Assembly: GCF_056746865.1 (NCBI RefSeq)
Contig: NZ_CM163382.1
Strand: one strand, 5' to 3'
Length of the DNA stretch: 64,000 nucleotides
Shown here: positions 42,384 to 51,269 of the stretch, one piece after another
Numbering within the stretch: the stretch's first letter is position 1
How the letters are laid out: the number at the start of each line of letters is the position of its first letter
Program-made: the position numbers and the translations under genes
Notes under the pieces: model-generated
Databases searched by the model: none
Told to the model about the DNA's origin: nothing
What the model saw: the letters and a program-made list of their open reading frames with translations, nothing else

Positions 42384-42732
42384 GTAATAACACTGCAGAT
42401 CGCACGTGAACACAGTGCCACTTTCCCTATGGAATGTGAAATTAATCGGTAATACCCCTCGAAAGAATGTGAACAGACACTCTCTTGCTTAACTGTTGAA
42501 ACTCTTCGAATTAAAGACAAGGTTCGCCATTTAATTATCTGACAGTTCGCCCCAGCACAACGTTAAAGTGATTTTTGATCAATCACCTACTCTGCTCTGG
42601 CAGAGCCAGAGCCGTTTTACTGACTAAAGCACAAGCTTCCAGCGAATGCACCTTTCCACACACCATAAGTCTTGTGTGATACCAGCACTGACGGTGTATG
42701 TTACATATCCTTAAAAAGTTCTCCAGACCGAC

Positions 42733-43905
42733 TTAGAGAACCTTAGACTGTTCTGGGAACCAGTTATTAATTATATGTCTTCGACAGACTTTAGATATTT
42801 CAAATACCTGTCGTGACACTAATGCACCATCAGGATGGCGCTGGTCAGGTATGTCATTTTCTATGTCATAAAAATTATGCGTTATTTCTGGGGGAAAGAA
42901 AACGTTTTTGTCTAAAGGCACGCTTGCATAGGGATTATAATACACATGCAAACCATCAAAATGAGTTTCCTTGTAGTCCCTTGTTCGGCACATTACAATA
43001 TCCGCGCCAACAACCTCATTGTTGTAGAATTGTCGCTTCGTAGTAACATAATGGTCAGGACCAAGTTTTCTCGTATGAGAACCTTCGTTCTTCATACCTT
43101 CATTGGCAATAAAAACATTCACATCAAGAGCTCGGAATCTCGTATATCGGACATATCGATCGACCCGACTCTGAACGATAGCCTTACCAAAAGTACCTGT
43201 CGTTGAAAACACGATAGCACTGATTTCTTTGTATGAGTCATTTGTAAAAATACCTAAAGGTATTTCAGTGTCTTCATTTTTTTTAATCGATAAAACCCTT
43301 CTTTGCCTACCATTTACTAAATCTCTCATCGTAGGTTCTTCAATGCCAAACAATACCCGGTTAATGATTGTATTATTCTGGGTTAAAGATAGATCTGAAT
43401 CAAATGGGGCCAATGCTAACACAAAAGGCTTACCGATTACATGTTCCATTGTTGAGTATGGGAACTTCTTACCATTAATTCCGGTAAAGAGATCGCGCTT
43501 ATCTTTAATTTTCCCAAGAAGTTTTAGCGTAGATTGATGCTTAAACTTAGCTTCACTGAAAATTTCACTGACTGGCGGTTTATGGGGCTTGTCAGAGACC
43601 ATAGCCTCTACGTTAAATTTATAACCTAATGGCGTGCTAACACAAAAATCAGGACTGTCTTTTGTATAGTCAACCGAATACCCCAAACGAATAAACATCT
43701 CATTTAGATATAATTCCCACATAGAAGAATTAAAGGTAGTCTGAAATTCGTTAATAAATTTAGTTTGTTCACCACTGCGTTCCAGTAATCCGCGTCCCCA
43801 TGATTGGATCACCGCCCTAACAGGAGCAAGTTTAGGATCTGTGTAGATTGTTTTAAAATTGTGATTTAGTTTATTTCTAGCTATTTTTGTTGAGAAGAGA
43901 TCCAT
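42733..43905 (-). CDS. hypothetical 390-aa protein, opposite strand, AT-rich
   Basis: Long uninterrupted ORF with good RBS (agaggtaaataATG); no family recognised. Confidence 0.7.
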   Translation of the reverse strand: MDLFSTKIARNKLNHNFKTIYTDPKLAPVRAVIQSWGRGLLERSGEQTKFINEFQTTFNSSMWELYLNEMFIRLGYSVDYTKDSPDFCVSTPLGYKFNVEAMVSDKPHKPPVSEIFSEAKFKHQSTLKLLGKIKDKRDLFTGINGKKFPYSTMEHVIGKPFVLALAPFDSDLSLTQNNTIINRVLFGIEEPTMRDLVNGRQRRVLSIKKNEDTEIPLGIFTNDSYKEISAIVFSTTGTFGKAIVQSRVDRYVRYTRFRALDVNVFIANEGMKNEGSHTRKLGPDHYVTTKRQFYNNEVVGADIVMCRTRDYKETHFDGLHVYYNPYASVPLDKNVFFPPEITHNFYDIENDIPDQRHPDGALVSRQVFEISKVCRRHIINNWFPEQSKVL

Positions 43906-44356
43906 TATTTACCTCTATAAACACTTTGTAAAACTAAACATGTGTATTTTACTGCGCTGATTGTCGAACATATGCTTCAAATTGTAATGCGGTATTCTAC
44001 ATCAGAAAAACCTCTTTTATATTTTCCTCATTAAATTTATTTACACCGAAAAATAGCCGCATGAATCATGTCTGAACAGATGAACTTCTCTAATATAGCC
44101 TAAATACCTACGACTGCGCTATAAAGAGGGAACCTCAAGCACTAATAGCACAAAGAAAATATGCGAACACAAATTTGACGCGAAACTATGACTTAGATAG
44201 GATGAATCTAGGTGGTGATGGTCACCTGGCGCCTGTCTCGCAAAGCAATAGCCCATCGTTCAGAAGTATACCAAATACTTGGCCGCCATCCATTATGACG
44301 CTGCCCGGTTAGCAGGCTATCGGTATCCAAAGCGTTACTTTATTGGAGGTACAGCC

Positions 44357-44896
44357 ATGTCTGACTATTCATACCTAAGCATTCTTAAAACGTGCGCTAA
44401 AAAGCTGGCTCGCATTCAGAAAATTAAGCTTTCCAAAGCACTCGAAATCGTTGCCCGTGACGCGAAATTCACCAGCTACCATGAGCTGTCCGAAGTCGCA
44501 AAACGTGCCCCGCTAGAACAACGGCTGGTTTTCGCTGCAATAGGCGAAGATACTCAAGAGGATGTGATTTATCGCGATGAGATTTTTTATGCCATAGACC
44601 GCGAGGTGGAAGATATGCTCTCCGGCGACATAGCGGAAACAAACGCCTATGGTTTTAGCATAGAGAATCTGGAGGCAACAAGCATAAATTACGACCCAAA
44701 GCGAGGCATTCTGGTCGTCCAAGTCATATTTGATTATCAGGGTGAACAAGATTCTGAACGCCCTTTCTCTGGTTCGTCCTTTGAAATTGTTGCGAAAATG
44801 GAGCTACTTCTTCGCGACAATGTATGGAGCCTCGTAGAAAATAGTCTGGAATTGACCTCTGTTAATTCAAATGTCGATAATGACTGGTACGATTAA
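44357..44896 (+). CDS. hypothetical acidic 179-aa protein
   Basis: ATG at 44357 preceded by GGAGG; ORF 44279..44896 trimmed. Confidence 0.6.
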   Translation: MSDYSYLSILKTCAKKLARIQKIKLSKALEIVARDAKFTSYHELSEVAKRAPLEQRLVFAAIGEDTQEDVIYRDEIFYAIDREVEDMLSGDIAETNAYGFSIENLEATSINYDPKRGILVVQVIFDYQGEQDSERPFSGSSFEIVAKMELLLRDNVWSLVENSLELTSVNSNVDNDWYD

Positions 44897-45497
44897 GACA
44901 TATAACAGTAGGAGGCATTCCAAATTTTTGGCGGAGTGCCTTTTTAGTAACTATATCCAGATGAAATCATCGAGTTATCACATGAGCATCCATCTTACGT
45001 GTACTCAAAACACTTATGGGCTTCTAAATTCAGGAAGTCCCTACTCCGCTTGCTGGCGCTTCTTTGAGCCTCGTGGCGTCCATATACACCAATTAGGCCA
45101 GACCATGCTCAAACAACTTGTCGAGAAATGCTATGTGCAAAAACCACTGGACATGTTCTCGATGACAGCAGGCAAACTAACTGGGCTTGATCAATCTGGG
45201 CCTAAACTGGCTTCCATCATATGCAGAGGGATAGAGCAGGCCAAAGATGTACAACTCGGAGAGTTACTTTTTGCCTGCGGTATCTATGGTGTGGAAGAAG
45301 AAGAAGCCTGGTTACTAGCTAAAAGATTCAGTAATCTTGAGGCCTTGTATGGTGCCAGCATAGATTCTCTGATGAGTTATAACCTTCTTAATGAGGCAGT
45401 AGCTGTCAATACGTATAACTTCTTCCGTCATCCGCTCAATGTGTCGGCTCTTAACGAGTTACAAACAGAAGGTGGATTGAAGGTGCGCCATGGATAG
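44871..45497 (+). CDS. protein with NAD-dependent DNA ligase-like C-terminal helix-hairpin-helix region (start uncertain; possible remnant)
   Basis: C-terminal ~100 aa (GPKLASIICRGIEQAKDVQLGELLFACGIYGV...LEALYGASIDSLMSYNLLNEAVAVNTYNFFRHPLNVSALNELQTEGGLKV) aligns by eye to the LigA HhH region; alternative starts TTG 44928 (AGGAGG upstream) or ATG 44961. Confidence 0.5.
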   Translation: MSIMTGTIKTYNSRRHSKFLAECLFSNYIQMKSSSYHMSIHLTCTQNTYGLLNSGSPYSACWRFFEPRGVHIHQLGQTMLKQLVEKCYVQKPLDMFSMTAGKLTGLDQSGPKLASIICRGIEQAKDVQLGELLFACGIYGVEEEEAWLLAKRFSNLEALYGASIDSLMSYNLLNEAVAVNTYNFFRHPLNVSALNELQTEGGLKVRHG

Positions 45498-45682
45498 AAT
45501 TAACACCAAGGCTGTGCCCGGCCTTTTATCTATGCAACGTAGCCGATGACAGTTAACGGTGAGACAGCAACACCTGTTGTAACATGTTTGTACTCGTGCA
45601 TTGCCATCCGTAGGCCTAAACATATCTGACTCCCACAGGATGGGGATAAAATACAACATTTGCATTTTCAATTTGTTATCGA

Positions 45683-45732
45683 AAAATCATTAGTCCTGAT
45701 GGGAAATAATATCTTCCCGGACTAATGATTTT
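45683..45732. promoter_or_regulatory. 50-bp region with perfect 14-bp inverted repeat upstream of alpA (operator or terminator)
   Basis: aaaatcattagtcc (45683-45696) and ggactaatgatttt (45719-45732) are exact reverse complements; followed by repeated tatccgg motifs. Confidence 0.45.
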
Positions 45733-45831
45733 CTATCCGGACTCCACTTTTTTATCCGGGCCTATACCTCCCCTCATCGTTCCGCGCTATAACCGCTCCG
45801 ACACTCTGTTCCCGTCCCGTGAGGTGCAATC

Positions 45832-46047
45832 ATGAAAACCAGTGCAGACAGTAACGATGCTTTTCCCGAAAGCGGCAACGTGCGTATGCGGCAGGTAGTC
45901 CAGTTTCTGGCGATGAGTGAATCGTCGGTTTACCGCCTGATTAAAAACACCGACTTTCCCCGCCCCGTCCACCTCTCTTCCCGACTGGTGGTCTTCGATG
46001 CTGCTGAAATCCGTCAGTGGCAACAGCGCCGCGCCGCCATCCGTTAA
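45832..46047 (+). CDS. alpA: AlpA-family phage transcriptional regulator (HTH)
   Basis: 71-aa ORF with RMRQVVQFLAMSESSVYRLIKNTDFPRPV helix-turn-helix typical of AlpA. Confidence 0.85.
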   Translation: MKTSADSNDAFPESGNVRMRQVVQFLAMSESSVYRLIKNTDFPRPVHLSSRLVVFDAAEIRQWQQRRAAIR

Positions 46048-46082
46048 TCCACGCTCAGGGATGAGCCGACTGATACCCCGTC

Positions 46083-48152
46083 ATGAAACGCGCCCCTTTT
46101 CTCTGTAAGCAGTCTCCGGACCGCACGCTCGAAGTGGTGATCCTTGCCGGAAGCCTGGCATGGGAGACCTCACACGTGTGGCGAAAAGATCCCGACCGGG
46201 AAGATGATGTTCCCCCGATGGTACTCGGCCCGGATGAACTGGCCGATCTGAGCAATCTGACCATTATCAGGCCCGACACGCTCTACGTCCGGGTACTTCG
46301 CACCGGCGATATCAGTGAAGAAGAGCTGCTGAAAATTGCCGTAAAACTGGCGCACGCGGGCGTGCAGATGGCCCGGCTGATGACCCCTGACGGTGAGTTA
46401 CTGGAGAACTGGACCGGACAGCTTGAACGCCTGCGACAGGAAAGACCTTCTGACATCCTGCCGGATCACTTCCGCCTCGATGAAGAAGCACTGTGGTTTG
46501 ATAAGCTCACCGAACGGCGCGACGGTGAAAGCGATGTCCAGCCCCAGCGCATCTGTTCCCCTCTGCGCGTCACTGCCATCACCTGCGACAGCCATGACGG
46601 CAGCTATGGCCGCCTGCTGGAATGGCACACCACCACCGGGCAATTGCGGCGCTGGGCCATGCCGATGGCGATGCTCAGCGGCAACGGCGAGGAGCTGAGG
46701 CGCATTCTGCTGGAGAACGGCCTGACCTATATCTCCACCCGCCCTGCCCTGCGCAGTCTGCTGTGCGAATATATCTCGCGGTCACTCCCCGGACGCCGGG
46801 TCACCTGCGCGGAGAAAACCGGCTGGCACAACGGCGTGTACGTGCTGCCGGATGAGGTTATCGGTCCCGATGGCGACAACGTCATTCTCCAGGGCAGCCA
46901 CTACCTGACTGGCGGCTTTGCACAATCCGGTACGCTGGCAGAGTGGCAGGAGCAGGTCGCCGCGCTCTGTGCAGGCAATTCACGGCTGGTCTTTGCCGTC
47001 TGCTGTGCGCTGGCCGCCCCGCTGCTGCGCCTGACAGGAACGGGCGGCGGAGGCTTTCATCTGCGCGGTGAGTCCACTGACGGTAAGACCACGGTGATGA
47101 AAGTGGCCGCTTCCGTCTGTGGCGGGACGGATTACTGGCACTCCTGGCGGGCCACCGGGAATGCGCTGGAAGGAATTGCCAGCCGCCACAACGATGCCCT
47201 GCTGCCACTTGATGAACTGCGCGAAGTGGACCCGCGTGAGGCCGGGATGATTGCCTATATGCTGGCGAACGGACAGGGCAAGGGGCGCGCCCGCACCGAT
47301 GGCGAAGTGCGTAACCGCAGGCACTGGACGCTGCTGCTGTTCTCCACCGGGGAGCTGTCGCTGGCGGAACACACCGAATGCGCCGGGGAGCGCCTCTACG
47401 CCGGGATGGACGTGCGCATGGTACAAATCCCCAGCGACACCGGGCAGCATGGTTCGTTTGAGCAGTTGCACGGGTTTGCCAGCGGCCAGCAGTTCGCCGA
47501 TACTCTCTGCGACCGGGTGGCCCGCTTCCACGGCACCGCCTTTCGTGCCTGGCTGGCCTTCCTCACCAGCGACCTGGACGCCAGCACCACGCTGGCGAGA
47601 GAGTTACTTCGCCGCTACCAGACCGCCCTGATGCCGGACAACGCCGGAAACCAGGTGCAGCGCATCGTGGCCCGTTTTGCCCTGCTGGCGGTGGCCGGGG
47701 AGATAGCGACACTGAACGGTATCACGGGCTGGCAGGAAGGCTCGGCGTATGGGGCGGTGCAGATCTGCCTTCACGCCTGGCTGAACGAGCGCGGCCATAT
47801 TGCCAACCAGGAAGATGAAGGCGTGCTGGCGCAGATCAAGCGGTTCATTACCGCGCACCAGTACAGCCGCTTTGCCTCGTGGGATGGCCCGGACCGCCCG
47901 CTGAATATGGCAGGCTTTCGCCGGGTGGAAAAAGATCCGCTGACGGGCGAGGAACACACGCTGTTCTTCATCCTGCCTGAGGGCTGGCGGGAAATATGCC
48001 GGGGATTCAGTCCTGCCAGAGCGGCCAGATTATGCCAGGAAGCGGAATGCCTGCTGCCCGGCAGCGACGGGAAATACCAGTCGCAGGTTCGCCTGCCGGA
48101 GATCGGCAAAGCCAGAGTCTACCGCCTCACCTCCCGCATCCTCAGTATCTGA
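46083..48152 (+). CDS. P4 alpha-like primase/helicase-type replication protein (P-loop NTPase C-terminal half)
   Basis: 689-aa ORF, Walker A GESTDGKTTV, position after alpA as in P4-like and PICI elements; GC-rich unlike the cargo. Confidence 0.75.
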   Translation: MKRAPFLCKQSPDRTLEVVILAGSLAWETSHVWRKDPDREDDVPPMVLGPDELADLSNLTIIRPDTLYVRVLRTGDISEEELLKIAVKLAHAGVQMARLMTPDGELLENWTGQLERLRQERPSDILPDHFRLDEEALWFDKLTERRDGESDVQPQRICSPLRVTAITCDSHDGSYGRLLEWHTTTGQLRRWAMPMAMLSGNGEELRRILLENGLTYISTRPALRSLLCEYISRSLPGRRVTCAEKTGWHNGVYVLPDEVIGPDGDNVILQGSHYLTGGFAQSGTLAEWQEQVAALCAGNSRLVFAVCCALAAPLLRLTGTGGGGFHLRGESTDGKTTVMKVAASVCGGTDYWHSWRATGNALEGIASRHNDALLPLDELREVDPREAGMIAYMLANGQGKGRARTDGEVRNRRHWTLLLFSTGELSLAEHTECAGERLYAGMDVRMVQIPSDTGQHGSFEQLHGFASGQQFADTLCDRVARFHGTAFRAWLAFLTSDLDASTTLARELLRRYQTALMPDNAGNQVQRIVARFALLAVAGEIATLNGITGWQEGSAYGAVQICLHAWLNERGHIANQEDEGVLAQIKRFITAHQYSRFASWDGPDRPLNMAGFRRVEKDPLTGEEHTLFFILPEGWREICRGFSPARAARLCQEAECLLPGSDGKYQSQVRLPEIGKARVYRLTSRILSI

Positions 48153-48171
48153 GTGCCATCTCGCGTGTCTT

Positions 48172-48382
48172 AAAAAAAGGTGGTACAGGGTGGGACAAGT
48201 GGTACACGCAGAGCTGGCGCGGGTTTCAGCGTCCCACTTTAGATAATTTGGTTTAAAAAAAGTGGTACAGAGTGGGACAGCCGTTGCTGAATCTGTCCCA
48301 CTTTTCTGACTGGTATTTTTCAGGTGGTACAGCGCAAAGCCACGGCTGGCGCGGTTGTACCACTTGTCCCACCTGTACCACC
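48172..48382. repeat. iteron-like direct and inverted repeats (putative replication origin / cis replication region)
   Basis: ggtggtacagggtgggacaagtggtacac, gtggtacagagtgggaca, ggtggtacagcgc and the inverted copy ggttgtaccacttgtcccacctgtaccacc read directly, immediately 3' of the primase gene. Confidence 0.6.
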
Positions 48383-48824
48383 TTAAAAACAGAAGAAATG
48401 AAAATGGCGAAAAGGGACTGCAAAAGCAAAGGCTGAAAGGAAGAGAGAATAAGGGGAACGGACTTACTCTTAAATGGATAACCTATATTTTTATATTCGT
48501 ACCATTTACATGATGGAGTGCAAAGTTACCATTCAACATGATTTGGATTAGATAGCAAAATTCTCTATAGAATGTTTTCTAGATTTCAGAGGGATTTAAC
48601 GATAGCTTATCTCACAAATCACAAATCGGTCAAAAAATATACAGAAAACCAAGTTTTGCCCAGAAATCCTTTTAAAATTTTTGAGTTAAAAATCATTGTG
48701 TTGTATTAATTTCAGGACGCCACATGTCAAATATCGACACCCAATATAGTGTATAAAAACACAGGAGGACTCATTGTGATTTATATAATAAAATAACCTT
48801 ATACATCTTTCTGGAAACCAAGTA

Positions 48825-49811
48825 ATGGTTAAAATTCACATTTTAGATGCCGGACATGGTGATTGCTTGTTAGTAGACTGCGATGGTGTCAAATTGTTAA
48901 TTGACGCTGGCCCAAGTACATTTAGGTATAGAAAAAAAATTTCAGCCAAGTTAGCTGAACTTCTGAATGGCGAGTCTGTTGATATCGCTTTTGTAACTCA
49001 CAATGATGATGACCATATCGGTGGTTTCAAATACCTAATTGAAAATAAAATAAACATCAAGAGATTTGTATTCAATAGTTTATCTAACATTAAACATGTA
49101 ATAAAGAATTCAAGCAATAAAATATCGACCAAACAAGATATAAATCTTGATAGAATAGTGAAAGATGGAAGTTTTGTCTTTTCGACACTAACTTCAGATG
49201 ACTCTCCTATTTTAATCAGAAATATAAAAATAACACCTATTACTCCTTCAAAAAATATCCTTTTAAAATATTTAGAACAACAAGAGCGTAAAAACACAGA
49301 AATTAAAATATCATCTTCATCTGAAAAATATAGTATTAAAGAAGCACTGCAGTTGCTAAGCAATGGAAATGATATGTTTGTAAAGGATCCATCGGCAACT
49401 AATAAAACCAGTTTATCATTTATGATTGAGTATGGGAATTTTTGTGGATTATTCCTTGGTGATGCACACGAAGAAGACATCTACTCATATATGGCTAATC
49501 ATTGTGCCAATAGAAAAATATCATTTAACGTTGTTAAGTTAGCACATCATGGTAGTGAAAAAAACACGAGTTCACGGTTATTGAAGTTAATTGGTACAAC
49601 AGAATATATCATATGTGCGAATAAAACCAAGCATAATCATCCAAATAATTTAACTCTTGCAAGAATTTTAATACATGAACAAGAACCTAAAATTCATATG
49701 AGTAGCAGCAATCAGGAGATAATAAATTTACTCAATCAAATAAATTTATTAGGCTTCGGCATTACTGCAACCCATTCTGAAAATGGAGTTAATACTTTAA
49801 TCTATGAGTAG
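48825..49811 (+). CDS. metallo-beta-lactamase-fold protein, ComEC-like (putative nuclease/hydrolase)
   Basis: 328-aa ORF: ILDAGHGDCLLVDCDGVKLLIDAG start, THNDDDHIGG metal-binding-like motif, AHHGSEKNTS motif; very AT-rich. Confidence 0.7.
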   Translation: MVKIHILDAGHGDCLLVDCDGVKLLIDAGPSTFRYRKKISAKLAELLNGESVDIAFVTHNDDDHIGGFKYLIENKINIKRFVFNSLSNIKHVIKNSSNKISTKQDINLDRIVKDGSFVFSTLTSDDSPILIRNIKITPITPSKNILLKYLEQQERKNTEIKISSSSEKYSIKEALQLLSNGNDMFVKDPSATNKTSLSFMIEYGNFCGLFLGDAHEEDIYSYMANHCANRKISFNVVKLAHHGSEKNTSSRLLKLIGTTEYIICANKTKHNHPNNLTLARILIHEQEPKIHMSSSNQEIINLLNQINLLGFGITATHSENGVNTLIYE

Positions 49812-51269
49812 AAAAAATGCTGTAAAAATAAAAGTCAATGATTCGGAATCAAGTGGCTATTTTTTCAAAGCAAGCTCCAAGGATGATTCTTTTGTAATTT
49901 CATCCAAGCACGGCCTTTGTTCTAGACAGTCAGATTGTGAAGAATTTCTTGATAATGTTCAGAATTGTTGCCGTTTATGCACTCAAGATTTAAATATTGA
50001 CAATATATCTTTTGAAATTGAAGGAAATAAGAAGCTAAAGCCAATAAGTTATTTCAGTCTTGAAAACAAAGATATTGTCATCACCAAAGTGGATGGGGTA
50101 TCTAATTATCCTTTAAGGATAGGAAAGATAGAAAAAGAAAAGTATTATACTTATGGTTACAAGAGTAAATGTGATAAGCCTGGCAGAATTTTATTAAATG
50201 AGCCAGATTTATTAGATGGGATTTGTTATTTCAATATATGTTCCGATGCAACACCTGAGTTGATTGAGAAAAGTGAAGAATATTATGGAATTTCAGGTTC
50301 ATTAGTTTTTGATTCTCCAGAAAAAGATGTTTTAACCGCACATGCAGTAATAACAACTAATGAAACCAATAATGACTTAGGTTCAGAAATATTACATGAT
50401 ATTGATTTCAAAGAAATTAATAACTTTTTCGGCTGTGAAGTATTCTTGGGTAAAAAACTCCAATTTCAACTAGATGATACTTTTAGTAAAAATTTTTCAA
50501 AGATTGGAGAAGTGCTTGTTAGCGACAAACTCCAAATTGAAATATTTATTTCATCTTATAAAGGTATACCATATTTTAATTTGACACCAATTGCTGATGC
50601 ATTAATTCAAAGTAAGTTTTATTATGTTTTTGGAAATGTTAGTAGAAGTGATCATATAAATATAATCGCTGCATCAAACATTATACTCAACAAATCTCAT
50701 TTAGAACCAGCTAATAAATTATTAACTAGCAAATTAACTGAATCGATATTATCAGCACCTCATATTTATTCCACTAGCATTGATGATAATAATTATCATC
50801 ATATTCATTTTAAACAAATGACTTCTGGTGATATTGAGCTCATAATATCATGTTATGGTGGAGGAGATGATCTTCCTAAAGATATAAATGGCACTTTAAC
50901 TGAGTTGTTACACAATATAAATACTTATAACTTAAATAAAAATTCAATAATTGAGAGGTCTTTTCTTAATCAAAAATTTACAGATGCACAATGCGAAATT
51001 TTATATGAGATTTTTTTGAGCGATTAACTGATTCAATCGACAGAATTTCATTATTGCATGTAATTCCTTTGGACCATTATTTAATAAAAGATAAATCAGA
51101 AATTAAAAATGAAATTATTACCATTGTTGAGAAAGCGTGTCAAGAATTAGACAGCAACATTTTAGATTATCTTGAGCATGGAATATCTATAAATCTATTA
51201 ATATTTCCAACTAATAATAAAGATGAATTATCAGGGTTAATGCAAAGGTTGATAAATAATTATGAATGA
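49804..51269 (+). CDS. protein with trypsin-like serine protease-type motifs; reading frame interrupted at a T7 run (ORFs 49804..51027 and 51054..51269 probably one gene)
   Basis: Start overlaps the MBL gene stop by 8 nt (ATGAGTAG); motifs SSKHGLC, NKDIVITKV, GISGSLVF; frame 1 stops at 51027 while frame 0 stays open from the T7 run (51011-51017) to 51269 and has no ATG or RBS of its own. Confidence 0.6.

Noticed and set aside
46398-48109. Minus-strand ORFs of 81-183 aa
   Set aside because: They are antisense within the GC-rich primase gene; long antisense ORFs are expected in high-GC coding DNA.
48172-48382. Possible CRISPR array
   Set aside because: The repeats are irregular, partly inverted and lack uniform spacers; they fit iterons and an origin better.
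51054-51269. Independent 71-aa gene
   Set aside because: It has only a TTG start and no RBS, and its frame is open back to the T7 run inside the upstream gene; it is interpreted as a C-terminal extension separated by a 1-nt frame change.
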